From positions 9,142 to 73,141 of the IMG/VR virus record IMGVR_UViG_3300028802_000009: DNA of 64,000 nucleotides, one strand, 5' to 3'. The translations under genes and the position numbers were made by a program. A model generated the notes under the pieces. It did not search any database. It had not been told where the DNA came from and saw only the letters and a program-made list of their open reading frames with translations. How positions within the stretch are numbered: position 1 is the stretch's first letter; each line of letters starts with the position of its first letter. This stretch comes from a virus. This document shows positions 28,930 to 38,696 of this stretch, one piece after another.

Positions 28930-31900
28930 TCATGTCCCAAGCGGCTGCAGCTCTAGGATCACGCAACCAGGGGAACCATCGCCGCCTTTGCCTCCACTGC
29001 CGCCTTTGCCCCCTCCAGCACCGCCTGACCCACCACCACCGCCGCCACCTCCGGCACCACCACCGCCGCCTCGACCCATGGAGCCGTTTGCACCAGCACC
29101 GCCTGCGCTTCCATCTGAGCCAGCATTGACCGGGAGCGCGCCTCCCGCACCCCCCTGGCCAGGATCCCCACCTGTTCCGGAACCAGGCCCGGTCTTCGGC
29201 ACTGGTCCTGCCAATCGTGTCTCCCATCCAAAGTACGAAGGGGCACCGCCACTACCAGCACCACCACCGCCACCAGCACCAGCACCTCCGCCAGGACCAA
29301 CTCCACCAGCACCAACTGCCGGCGTACCTATATTGCTAATTGTGCCTAAACCCTGAAGGTTTAGCGTATTGATGTTAATCTTAGCTGAACCTCCGCCGCT
29401 GGTACCGTTTGCGCCGCCCCCACCGCCGGGAGTGGCGCTGAGTGTTGGGTATGTCGTAGTATAAGGCCAATGAATTGGCGAGAATGTGGCAGCTGATGTC
29501 GAACCTGTACCGCCCGCTGCAGCACCGAATGCGGCCGTACCAACTGAGAGTGGACCTCCATTTGCCGGGGAGGCCGTCGCGATAATAATCCCGTCTGCAT
29601 CAGCGACTGAAGATAGTCCCCCGGCGAGACCGCCGACACCTACTGGACCAACAGCCCCGGCAAGAGGGCCTGTGCCACCAATACCTCCCGTTCCGCCCGC
29701 GCCAACAGTAATCGTCAAGACGAGACCTTCTCCCAAGCCCGCCACAGGAACATTAACCAACGAACATGAGCCGCCTGAGCCCCCTCGTCCTCCGCCTCCC
29801 CCTCCTCCGGTATTAGTTCCTGTAGCCCCACCACCGCCAGCGGTTCCACCACCTCCGCCACCGGCGCCAGCGGAAATCCATATGGTCGTTACCTCATAGC
29901 CAGGCGGCACCGTGAAGGGGAATGTGCCAGCCTCAAGATAACTGAACCTAATCGCCCGATTGCTGCTGACACCACTGGGGGTCAAGCGAGGATCATCGCC
30001 CGCGCAAAATGTTCCTGAACTTGTACCGAATGGTGGTAAACCGTGGCTGTGATCCGCTAGCGCACGACCCGGTCCGCTACCCGAACTGTTAGACGCGCCT
30101 GGCACCAATGCGATCGGCGCTCCAGTTCCTAGTCTAAGGTCATTCCCCTGGCAGAACGTATTTGCAGTTGTTCCGTATGCCGGCATGGCATGTCTATGAT
30201 TCGCGCTAGCGAGTTCAATAGCGTTTCCCACGTCACCTACTGCGCCGGGAACAAGCGTGGTCGGAAACCCCGTCAGCGCCTTATGCACGTGATCGTATGG
30301 TGCATAGTACGGACCCACCCCCGGAATTCCCTCTGAATAAGCTCCAACTGCCTGGGGCGACGGCCGCGCGCCCTCCAGAGAGCTTAGAAGCGCGTTTTCC
30401 TCACGCGGGCCGGGTACCCGCTCCCAGAGCCAGTGAGGACCGTTGGGAGGAGTCTGCGAAAACCCAGTAGTCCGCCATGCCGACCCCGCAAATGCATCGC
30501 CACCCGCCACCACCACAGTAGTGCCGACCGGCACTTTATCAGCAGTGTCTGCATCGGGCGCACGCACCCAGATGCCATCATTGCCGGTACCAGCAGACTG
30601 TACTAGATAGATTCCGTTGCCATTAGTCCCATCAGTTGTTGTGCCAGAAAGCACTAACACCCGATTGCCATTAACAAGCAGCACAGTATCAACACCAAGC
30701 GGCGCAGCATTCACATCAATAGCCGTCGAAACCAGGGGGCCGCCAGTTGTCGCGTGTACTGATAACTTGCCTTGCGCCATCAGCTTCGCATCACTAACCG
30801 TTAGGACACCGCCGCGCACCGAGACCCATCCCGTGTTCGTAGCCACGCCGGACTCTTTAACCCAAAGGGTCGAGCCAGCCCCGCCGTCCACGTTCGAATA
30901 AAGATCACCAGGGGACCCAAAGCGCTCCCGGCCCAGCTCCGCAGGCGAGCCTTTGCTAGATGTCCAGCGGCGCGATACCGTCTCATCGCCGATGGTCCGT
31001 GGCGACGTTCCAGCGAGATTGAGCTGAACACCGTTGGTCAAAATCATACTGCTGGGCAGCAGAGATGCGTTTGCATTGAGAAACAGCGGACCTTCAAGCT
31101 GCATCTCTTGCGAAACTACTGTCGTGGTGAGGTCTATTTGACTCTGCGTCAAGGGGTCTAAGGCGCCGCCGCTAATTCGTATGATTGTTCCGCCTATCGA
31201 CTGCCAGCGTACGGGCACAAACGGTGCAGTGCCTGTATCGCTGTCAATTACCCTCACGTCTTGGAGCGTCGAGTTAACAGCGAGGCCAGCTCCGCCGACC
31301 AGAGAAACGCCGCCCCCATGACAGTTTGTGATCACGATCGATTGGCTGAAATCCATCAACTGCGATGAAACGCCGATCGTCCCCAGAATGTTACAATCAG
31401 TAACAAAGAACTGCGATCCGCCATCAATGGGCGGAAAGTCTAGCTGAAAATTCGGGTACAGGCTTACGTTAGACACACCACCTATGGTAGACGGCTGATC
31501 CCACTCATCGGAAAGCGTCCAATCGGAATATGCCAGTATGCATTGGTCACGACTCGCACCGCAAACAAACGTGAACGGCGGCTGTGCTATCAATTCTTCA
31601 TTGAAGAGCGTCGAAGCGACCCACACACCATAGCATTTCTCGTATGTCGCATCAGTGATGCTCGCAAACGCCGCAGTCAGCGTCTGGAACGGCTTTCCAA
31701 TCGTACCGTCCCCAGTGATGTCGTCGCCATCAACCGACACATAGCGCCACGCTGAGATCTGTGGCAAAGCGCCGCCCCCTCCGCCCGCTACCGTGGTCCA
31801 ACTAGCCGCCGTAGGTCCGCTCGCGACAAGCGCCTGCCCTGCTGTCGGCGGGACCGCGCTAGACACCGTAACAACGCCCGAAGTGGTGCGTAGCCCAGAC

Positions 31901-32682
31901 GCCGTTCTGTCATTGGAAAGTCTTGGATCTGAGCCCTCCGCGAACGTCCCCGCTACGTTTCCAAACGGGGGTAGACCGTGGCGGTGATCCGCGTGCGCTA
32001 CCTCAGTCGACGTACCAATCACACTCGGCTGACCGGGGATCGATGGCGTTGGAACGATCGTGGTCCCATCCTGATTCGATGGCTCAAGAGAGGCCCCCAA
32101 AGCCAATCTCGCGGACATCGAGAAAGCGCCTCCTGTCACATAGATGGTAGCCAGCGACCCCAAGAAGCTGAGGGAATGAATCTCCGTCGCGCTTCCTGGA
32201 ACCTTGAAGGTTTGCCCACCTTCTTCCGTTCCGATCTCGATGTCACCGTCGCACTGAAAGGTGAAATCGCGCATCAACGGCAAGTCGAGCTGCTGCGTCC
32301 CTGTGGGCGCGCCCGCTATGAAGATAAGCCCCGTGGTGGAAATAAAGCTAGCAGGCAAAACAAGAGTCATTGCCCCCGGCGTGCCCTCAACACCGCCGGT
32401 CACTGTCACAAACTGCATCCAAAAGGCTATACCGTCGGGGATGCCGTACGAAGCCGGGTCAAATACGATGCGTATCTGGTCTTCCAGTGCCTGTACGCTA
32501 AGCCTAGAGCGATCAACATTCGGGTCAAGAAATCCGACGTTTGTCGCCGTAAGAAGGGGCTGCGGGGGCAAGTCAAAATTCTCAGCCCACTTCAAGCGAT
32601 ACCCGTCAACCCCCGGAACCCTAGCAGTGATAATGTTGACCACATGAGGGAGTCGGGGGAAAACACTAAACAATCGATTCAT
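28930..32682 (-). CDS. Large mosaic fibre protein with Gly-rich C-terminus
   Basis: Four (D/N)HxH motifs, three GxDxRL motifs, a beta-helix-like middle (YVSVDGDD.TGDG...PFQTL) and long Gly runs. Confidence 0.75.
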   Translation of the reverse strand: MNRLFSVFPRLPHVVNIITARVPGVDGYRLKWAENFDLPPQPLLTATNVGFLDPNVDRSRLSVQALEDQIRIVFDPASYGIPDGIAFWMQFVTVTGGVEGTPGAMTLVLPASFISTTGLIFIAGAPTGTQQLDLPLMRDFTFQCDGDIEIGTEEGGQTFKVPGSATEIHSLSFLGSLATIYVTGGAFSMSARLALGASLEPSNQDGTTIVPTPSIPGQPSVIGTSTEVAHADHRHGLPPFGNVAGTFAEGSDPRLSNDRTASGLRTTSGVVTVSSAVPPTAGQALVASGPTAASWTTVAGGGGGALPQISAWRYVSVDGDDITGDGTIGKPFQTLTAAFASITDATYEKCYGVWVASTLFNEELIAQPPFTFVCGASRDQCILAYSDWTLSDEWDQPSTIGGVSNVSLYPNFQLDFPPIDGGSQFFVTDCNILGTIGVSSQLMDFSQSIVITNCHGGGVSLVGGAGLAVNSTLQDVRVIDSDTGTAPFVPVRWQSIGGTIIRISGGALDPLTQSQIDLTTTVVSQEMQLEGPLFLNANASLLPSSMILTNGVQLNLAGTSPRTIGDETVSRRWTSSKGSPAELGRERFGSPGDLYSNVDGGAGSTLWVKESGVATNTGWVSVRGGVLTVSDAKLMAQGKLSVHATTGGPLVSTAIDVNAAPLGVDTVLLVNGNRVLVLSGTTTDGTNGNGIYLVQSAGTGNDGIWVRAPDADTADKVPVGTTVVVAGGDAFAGSAWRTTGFSQTPPNGPHWLWERVPGPREENALLSSLEGARPSPQAVGAYSEGIPGVGPYYAPYDHVHKALTGFPTTLVPGAVGDVGNAIELASANHRHAMPAYGTTANTFCQGNDLRLGTGAPIALVPGASNSSGSGPGRALADHSHGLPPFGTSSGTFCAGDDPRLTPSGVSSNRAIRFSYLEAGTFPFTVPPGYEVTTIWISAGAGGGGGGTAGGGGATGTNTGGGGGGGRGGSGGSCSLVNVPVAGLGEGLVLTITVGAGGTGGIGGTGPLAGAVGPVGVGGLAGGLSSVADADGIIIATASPANGGPLSVGTAAFGAAAGGTGSTSAATFSPIHWPYTTTYPTLSATPGGGGGANGTSGGGSAKININTLNLQGLGTISNIGTPAVGAGGVGPGGGAGAGGGGGAGSGGAPSYFGWETRLAGPVPKTGPGSGTGGDPGQGGAGGALPVNAGSDGSAGGAGANGSMGRGGGGGAGGGGGGGGSGGAGGGKGGSGGKGGDGSPGCVILELQPLGT

Positions 32683-33134
32683 GATGCAGCCTCTCGCTTA
32701 ATGTGGGGCTCAAAAGTCTGGGCGCTCTCAGCAGCCGCGCGAGCCGCATCTTGATGCCCATGCTCTCTTTCCACCCGTGCATAGGTAGACTGGTACGCCG
32801 CGTCCTTGGCCTCCGACCAGGAACTCGCGACCTGTCCGTTGTGGTTCGGTACCAAGCGCTTAGGCTTCACATGATCTCGCTCGCGGCGACCTATCACCTG
32901 CCGGCGAGCCGCTCGGTACTTGTTCTCTTTGGTGGCCTTGGAGATCCACCCACCGGCCTCACCGTCCTTCAGTACGAAGCTGACGGCCGATGGGTCGAAC
33001 ACCAAGTCAGGCTTGCCGCCACACGCACACGCCAGGGCGACAGACCCTGATTTCACCTCCTCATACTGCTCGAAGGACAGCTTGCGGGTTTCGTGTTTCT
33101 GGCACGTCTTGCACTGCGTATCGTACACCGGCAT
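32679..33134 (-). CDS. FmdB-family zinc-ribbon protein (second copy)
   Basis: MPVYDTQCKTC...CACGG; start set to ATG 33134. Confidence 0.7.
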   Translation of the reverse strand: MPVYDTQCKTCQKHETRKLSFEQYEEVKSGSVALACACGGKPDLVFDPSAVSFVLKDGEAGGWISKATKENKYRAARRQVIGRRERDHVKPKRLVPNHNGQVASSWSEAKDAAYQSTYARVEREHGHQDAARAAAESAQTFEPHIKREAAS

Positions 33135-33136
33135 AT

Positions 33137-34048
33137 CTAAATCTTTCTCTTCTTCGCGACAGACCAAGTCTTCACATGAGCTAGTACGGCCGCCACATGC
33201 TTACACACCCTATTGACCATCCCAGGGTCCCGAATCACCGGCACAGAGGCGGTCCCTCTGGGCTTGCCGTCCAAGTATTCTTCCCGCTGTGAATGGTGCT
33301 CCGGGCCTTGCCAACGCCACGCCGGGCACGAACAAGTCAGGTCCAGGTCCATCTTGGACAGCTTCGTTACACGCTGGTCTCGGAAGCCTTTGACCTTCAC
33401 AACCCGGTCGACGTTTCCGCAGTTCACAGCCAAAAGCCATCGCAGGTTTTTCGTGTCAGCCCGCTTGAGCTTCACGGCACAACGCCTCGATCGCCCCGTT
33501 ACCCTCGGATTCAGCCCACTCACGATTGCATCCAAACGCAGAGCGATCTTGGTCCGCCTGCTAGCTTCAATACGCCGCACAGGAGCGTGCTCTGCATCCC
33601 ATCTGGCCAGCACAAACTCCGCCGAAGCGTTGACCGTATTCGGGATGTCGTCTCGGTACGGATACTTGGTCTTCGGGCCTTCCCACTCGCCCTTGCCCCA
33701 GCCTCCTATGCCATCGTGCTTGTTCGCGTTCTCATCTTTGAACTCAATGCGCTCGCGATTCACCAACATGTCATCCGCATTGTCAGTGCGGTAGAGGCTC
33801 TCATCCTTGCCCTTGTCAAAGTCTCGAACGTCCTTCTCATCCTTGTCATGGACGGACGTTCCAGGGATCTTATTGTCGAGCGGCAGGCCCTTGCTCACGG
33901 GGTCATCATCGCCGGGAAGCTTAGCCTTATTCGACGGACCGCCGCCCGGCAGACCAGATTCACCAACGCGCTCGGCCCCCTTAGGCAAGGCTGGATTGCC
34001 CTCACCATAGGCGGGTCTAGTCATCAATGGTTGCTTCAAATCTGGCAC
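33137..34048 (-). CDS. Protein with disordered N-half and SWIM-type zinc finger
   Basis: CSCPAW...CKHVAAV. Confidence 0.75.
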   Translation of the reverse strand: MPDLKQPLMTRPAYGEGNPALPKGAERVGESGLPGGGPSNKAKLPGDDDPVSKGLPLDNKIPGTSVHDKDEKDVRDFDKGKDESLYRTDNADDMLVNRERIEFKDENANKHDGIGGWGKGEWEGPKTKYPYRDDIPNTVNASAEFVLARWDAEHAPVRRIEASRRTKIALRLDAIVSGLNPRVTGRSRRCAVKLKRADTKNLRWLLAVNCGNVDRVVKVKGFRDQRVTKLSKMDLDLTCSCPAWRWQGPEHHSQREEYLDGKPRGTASVPVIRDPGMVNRVCKHVAAVLAHVKTWSVAKKRKI

Positions 34049-34052
34049 TCAC

Positions 34053-35717
34053 TTAGACCTTCCAGGGATCTTGACCCCTGCTGGCAGTGCTTGTCCTAGC
34101 TTCCTTGAACTTGTCCTCGTACTTATCGGTGTTGGCTTTCCATTCCTTGGCAGCGTCCTCGGACATGTTGTCCGTCGGATCGGCGGGCTTACCTTCCTCG
34201 AAACGAGACTCCTTCTCATCCGAAGCGGACTTGAACTTGTCTTCGTACTTATCGGTGTTCGACTTCCATTCCTTGGCGTCTTCTTCGGACATGTTGTCAG
34301 TAGGGTCGGCTGGCTTGCCTTCCTCGAACTTTGACTCCTTTTCATCCGACGCGGAGCGCAGTAAGCCTTTAGCTTCACGGTTGATCAGCCTCTCAGCCTC
34401 TCTTGAGAGAACATCGGCGTTCGCTTCCAACCCATCTACGGATACCGACTTGCGACCCATTATTACCTGAATCGCGCCAAGCCCCTCTTCATCAATCGAG
34501 ACGAGACAGCTGATGTTGTCCCCCGGATCACTCTCCCGCTCAGCAACCTCCAACACTACCCCGCCGCCGAAATCACGACGGATCTCCGTGAGCAAACTCG
34601 GATACAAGCGGTTGAACCTGGCTTCGACCCTTTGCAGGACATCCCTATCGCCCGCAGCAGACTTCTTGAACTTGTCCTCGTACTTATCGGTGTTGGATTT
34701 CCACTTCTTGGCGTCCTCTTCGGACATCCCCTCAGTAGGATCGGCGGGCTTGCCTTCCTCGAACCGAGACTCCTTCTCATCCGATGCAAGCACCAGCGAT
34801 TCGAGCACATCGGGCTTCAGATAGCGCCGCGCAAGACGCACGCCCTTGCTCATGCGAATGGCTAGACCAGCCACATCGTTCGCCCCAACGCTGTCACACA
34901 TGAGCCCGATCTCCGAGACAATGCTCGCCAGCTGATCGAAGGCTTGCCGCATCTGGTTGCCAGCCGCGCCTCGGAGGTAAGCGATACGAGCGGCCCCGCG
35001 GATATACTCAAACCCTAGAGCCATGTTGTATGGCCCGTCGACCCCAAGCTCGCCAACGTCAGCCTTCTTTGGACGCTCCGACGCTTTGACCTCAATGGCA
35101 TCGCCCAGCACTCGCCGGAGAATAGCCGCCACCATCAAACGACTAGGACGGCCCTCATCCTTGCTGAGACCAGCAACCAGTCGGCGCAACGTCACAGCCA
35201 CCTCCTGGTTGGACGACGCGGTACGTACCGAGTCTCCTTCAAGGGATGCGATCAAGCGAGTCAGAGACTCCGTATCGATGTGCCCCGTTTTTTCGATCTC
35301 AGCGGCGACGTGCGTCAACTGTGTGGCAGCTTCTTCAACTCTCATGGGTGACTCCGGTTGTGATGACTTTCTCTTTACTCGACGTACACGGACGTCTTTC
35401 AAGGCGTCCTCCAGCTGTTCGACCTTCTCAGGCCTGAGGTCGTCTTTGATCTCCTCGTAATCCCATCGCGCTACAGCCATCGCCGCCGCATCCAAGGACT
35501 TGCTCACGCGCATCAAAGTGTCCGGGATCGCATGCAGCAGATGACCCGCAACCTCAAAAAACTGGTCACGATGGTCAGACTTCTCGATGAGCGTTGAAGC
35601 CTCCTCGATGTAATCTTTGAGCTGATTGCAGCGAAGCCGAGCATCGCCAATCTCCTCTAGTAGGAACACGGAGATTCCCGAGGCTGTTTTGACTTGCTTC
35701 AAGCACCGATCTTCCAA
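34053..35717 (-). CDS. Putative internal head protein with 42-aa repeats
   Basis: Many KTAS/RTAS/KSA sites, three 42-aa repeats, and a possible internal start (GGAG, ATG 35345). Confidence 0.65.
   Translation of the reverse strand: MEDRCLKQVKTASGISVFLLEEIGDARLRCNQLKDYIEEASTLIEKSDHRDQFFEVAGHLLHAIPDTLMRVSKSLDAAAMAVARWDYEEIKDDLRPEKVEQLEDALKDVRVRRVKRKSSQPESPMRVEEAATQLTHVAAEIEKTGHIDTESLTRLIASLEGDSVRTASSNQEVAVTLRRLVAGLSKDEGRPSRLMVAAILRRVLGDAIEVKASERPKKADVGELGVDGPYNMALGFEYIRGAARIAYLRGAAGNQMRQAFDQLASIVSEIGLMCDSVGANDVAGLAIRMSKGVRLARRYLKPDVLESLVLASDEKESRFEEGKPADPTEGMSEEDAKKWKSNTDKYEDKFKKSAAGDRDVLQRVEARFNRLYPSLLTEIRRDFGGGVVLEVAERESDPGDNISCLVSIDEEGLGAIQVIMGRKSVSVDGLEANADVLSREAERLINREAKGLLRSASDEKESKFEEGKPADPTDNMSEEDAKEWKSNTDKYEDKFKSASDEKESRFEEGKPADPTDNMSEDAAKEWKANTDKYEDKFKEARTSTASRGQDPWKV
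34104..34790. repeat. 126-nt coding repeat: two tandem copies (34104-34355) and one dispersed copy (34665-34790)
   Basis: Encodes ASDEKES(R/K)FEEGKPADPT..MSE..AK.WK.NTDKYEDKFK. Confidence 0.9.
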
Positions 35718-35763
35718 TGGAAAACGCTCCTCAGGTCGCGGTTAGGTCACGAAGAGCGTTCCC

Positions 35764-35772
35764 ACAAAGAAA
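35764..35772 (-). promoter_or_regulatory. Putative late promoter element (TTTCTTTGT)
   Basis: Intergenic copy of the pyrimidine-RT motif. Confidence 0.4.
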
Positions 35773-35787
35773 ACATCACACTAGCTC

Positions 35788-36864
35788 TCAGCCAAAAGCT
35801 TGAGGGAACAACTCAAGAATCCGCGACTTGATGACTTCTTCTTCCGCCGCAAACACGGCGCGCAGGATGTCTAGTCGATCCTCGAAATCCGCCTGCAGCC
35901 GCGCCAGCTTCTTCTTGGTGGGAGCCGCGAAGTCATACGACTCCGGGAAGTCAGGGCACATGGCCTTAGCGATCTTCAGCCGTACGGCGACACTCATGGG
36001 AGGCGCAGAAGCCTTCGCTGCGGGTCTCTTGGGCGCCTTCGCCGTCGGGATATTCGTATTTGAAAACGTGATGCCATCCTCCACCGTTTTGGTGGTTGGC
36101 TCGCCAATGCTCGCGACCACGGAAGCGTCACCACCATCCCAGGTCTCAATCCCCCCGCCCGTGGACCCCGTAACGGTCATACCTTCGGACGTTGTCTTGG
36201 ACCCGGAGGCCGTCTTCACTTTTCCGACGGTCCTACCGGAGCCCGAGCTTGTCGTGGTCGCCGGCACATAGCTAGCTCTAGCCGCCTCCTTCTTGAGCAG
36301 ATACGCATCCCGCTCGTCGTCGCTCATGCGCTCCAACAGCTCATCGACCGTGATCCCTTGACCCGGAGTGATGCTCACGTGGTCCAGTGCGTTCAAGACC
36401 TCCCGTGCCTGAGTTACGTTCGTGGTGGAGACCGCAGGGGTCTTGAGCTTACGCACCGGCACCCCATCAGATCCGGCCTCAGACGCCGTGCGGCGATTGC
36501 CCGCCTTGGTAGCAGAGGCGTGCTGTGCGTAATTCATCACGATCCGCTCGTCCTGCTCGACCGTCGAGATCATCGTGCGCGGCTGGTCGCGCTCCGTGGC
36601 GGAACGCACTTGGATCTTGGCGGACGCGGGACGGCCATACTCTGGGTCCGCTGAATCATAACTATCGGTCAGCACGATCCACGCCGCCGAGATGGCGCCG
36701 CGGAGCTGCGGAAATGAGTAGTCTGCACCGGCGTATTTCACCGTAGAGCCGTCGAACTCCAGCTCGGTGCCCTTCTCAATCCGCACATTGAAGTTGCCCA
36801 GCGCGAAGCTACGAGTGGCAGTGAAGGCTTGAAAGTCACCGGTCTTAAATCTGATTTGGTCCAT
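35788..36864 (-). CDS. Hypothetical head-associated protein
   Basis: Start set to ATG 36864 (SD GGAG); contains RTAS and KTAS; directly downstream of the major capsid gene. Confidence 0.6.
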   Translation of the reverse strand: MDQIRFKTGDFQAFTATRSFALGNFNVRIEKGTELEFDGSTVKYAGADYSFPQLRGAISAAWIVLTDSYDSADPEYGRPASAKIQVRSATERDQPRTMISTVEQDERIVMNYAQHASATKAGNRRTASEAGSDGVPVRKLKTPAVSTTNVTQAREVLNALDHVSITPGQGITVDELLERMSDDERDAYLLKKEAARASYVPATTTSSGSGRTVGKVKTASGSKTTSEGMTVTGSTGGGIETWDGGDASVVASIGEPTTKTVEDGITFSNTNIPTAKAPKRPAAKASAPPMSVAVRLKIAKAMCPDFPESYDFAAPTKKKLARLQADFEDRLDILRAVFAAEEEVIKSRILELFPQAFG

Positions 36865-37000
36865 TATGATCTCCATCGAAGGGCGCAACGATGCCCACCA
36901 ACAGGAAAACCATAGATAGAACATCTATGTGAAAGCTTCCGATCTGGCCGCTACACGTGACAGGCGGTCTCACTGAGGCACAGAATGCAGCGTTCACCGA

Positions 37001-37043
37001 AATTAAAGAAAAGAGGCCGATCCATCTCTGGACCAGCCTCTTT
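37001..37043 (-). terminator. Rho-independent terminator after the major capsid gene
   Basis: AAAGAGGCTGGTCCA-GAGA-TGGATCGGCCTCTTT followed by TCTTTAATT. Confidence 0.85.
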
Positions 37044-37064
37044 GCTTAGGTCAGCTGATTAGCT

Positions 37065-37946
37065 TCAGACGCGAGTGATAACCACACGGGTCAAACCACG
37101 CGGGTTGAATGCACCGATACCGAGATTCTCGAAGCACGAGAAACCGATCGTGCGCGCCTTCGGGTCATCCGCCGAAAGAACGGTGATCTCGGTACGAACC
37201 GGGATACGACCAAACTGCTCAGGCTCGCAGCAAACATATGTGAAGCCGGCAGGTACGAGACGCGACGTGATGATCTGAGCGCCCCAGATAACTGCCTGGA
37301 GACCAGTCTTCAGCAACGTGGCCTGGCTCTCAATGTCCAGGATGTCGCGACCGAACTTACGAATGTCAGCGTAGTCGACCGCGTTCATGTAGATGCGAGC
37401 GACGCGCAAGTCGTGACGCTCGATCTCGGCAAACGCGTCAGCAAGAACTGACGGGCTGATGGGGGCGACGACAGGAACGTCCGCGTTCGTCTGACCAGGG
37501 AGTGTGTCGAAACCAGAGACAGCGATGCTATCCATGATTGCAAACGTCCGCTCGTCTTCCGCGGCCTGAATCTGTGCCTTCGCAAGATCCTGAGCGCGCT
37601 CGATCAGATCGAATCGACGCTCCTTGATCTGCGTGAGTGGGATCTCCGGGTTCGAGGCAATCTCGAACAGCGGGAAGATCACGCGACGTGGCTTCTGGAT
37701 CGCAAGGATGTTCTCGCCCTCTTCGCCGACAACGAACGCCGTAACATCCGGGTCCTTGTCGTAGATCGGGAGAGCACCATCCGGAAGCTGCTCGACCAAG
37801 AAGGTCTTACGACCTACGGCCGAATAGTCGCGGCGCAGACGCAAAGGCTGCACCATCGAAGCAGCGAGCTTCTGGCGGCCAGCAGCGGTCTTGATGTACT
37901 CACTAATGACCTGCTGCTTGAGCTGGTTAGATACTTGGTGTGCCAT
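37065..37946 (-). CDS. Major capsid protein (HK97 fold)
   Basis: 293 aa with HK97-like elements (VGEEG E-loop, backbone helix LIERAQDLAKAQIQAAEDE, IYMN, WGAQIITS, GIGAFNP). Follows protease, scaffold and decoration genes and ends at a strong terminator. Confidence 0.85.
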   Translation of the reverse strand: MAHQVSNQLKQQVISEYIKTAAGRQKLAASMVQPLRLRRDYSAVGRKTFLVEQLPDGALPIYDKDPDVTAFVVGEEGENILAIQKPRRVIFPLFEIASNPEIPLTQIKERRFDLIERAQDLAKAQIQAAEDERTFAIMDSIAVSGFDTLPGQTNADVPVVAPISPSVLADAFAEIERHDLRVARIYMNAVDYADIRKFGRDILDIESQATLLKTGLQAVIWGAQIITSRLVPAGFTYVCCEPEQFGRIPVRTEITVLSADDPKARTIGFSCFENLGIGAFNPRGLTRVVITRV

Positions 37947-37984
37947 GGTTTTTCCTGGGCTCCTATTCTTCTTTGCCTAACGAC

Positions 37985-38611
37985 TCAGACCCGGAGGTCC
38001 AGGACTAGGAGTGAGGAGTTGGCGTCCGGAGCGACCTTGACGACGCCAATGACCGTGGCCACACCAGCAACGGTGCTATCCAACGCATTGGTCAGGAGGT
38101 TCGTCAGAAGACCGTTGACAGAAGCATATAGCTTGTCACCAACGGCATACGTGAGTGCCGGGAAAGCCCCGAGCTGATCCTTCGTCTCATAGACCGAGAC
38201 GCCTACGCACGAGCCACTGCCGGTCACGTAAGGCGCACGCCCTGAAGCAACACCTGGAGTGTTCTCGAAAGCGTTGCCAAGTGCATCGTTCAGAAAAATG
38301 CCGAGAGGCAAAATTCCAGCAGCCGCGCCAGTGTTAACAAGAGAGGCACCGATCGGACCACCAATATAGTTATTTCCGACGTCGCGGCGCGTGAACGCTA
38401 CCGATCCGCCGAGAACGCCAACCTTAGTGATGCTGGTGAGAGTTGTCGATTTGGCGCCAACCGCGAGACCCCCGGGAGGATTAGCCTGGGTGAAACCGTC
38501 CGGAGATAGCAGACCAACGCTGTTGCGGGTCACTACGTGGAACAGTTGAACACGACCAGACGTCTCACGGAAATCACCCGAGCTTTGGCCGCCGATTGCG
38601 AAAGTAGTCAT
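37985..38611 (-). CDS. Head decoration/cement protein
   Basis: Immediately upstream of the capsid gene; YAVGDKLYASVNGLLT...IGVVKVAP is a typical decoration-protein ending; SD AAGGAG. Confidence 0.7.
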   Translation of the reverse strand: MTTFAIGGQSSGDFRETSGRVQLFHVVTRNSVGLLSPDGFTQANPPGGLAVGAKSTTLTSITKVGVLGGSVAFTRRDVGNNYIGGPIGASLVNTGAAAGILPLGIFLNDALGNAFENTPGVASGRAPYVTGSGSCVGVSVYETKDQLGAFPALTYAVGDKLYASVNGLLTNLLTNALDSTVAGVATVIGVVKVAPDANSSLLVLDLRV

Positions 38612-38696
38612 TATTGACTTTCTCCTTAGGGCGTGAAAACAGGGTGCTTTACATTCGATCTAAATCTGAGAGGGAAACTGGTTCCCCCTAAACACT

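Noticed and set aside
28898-29356. Pro-rich plus-strand ORF as a real proline-rich protein
   Set aside because: It is the antisense image of the Gly-rich fibre C-terminus
34104-34790. 126-nt repeats as a CRISPR array
   Set aside because: In-frame coding repeats with codon-position variation, no spacer structure and no cas genes
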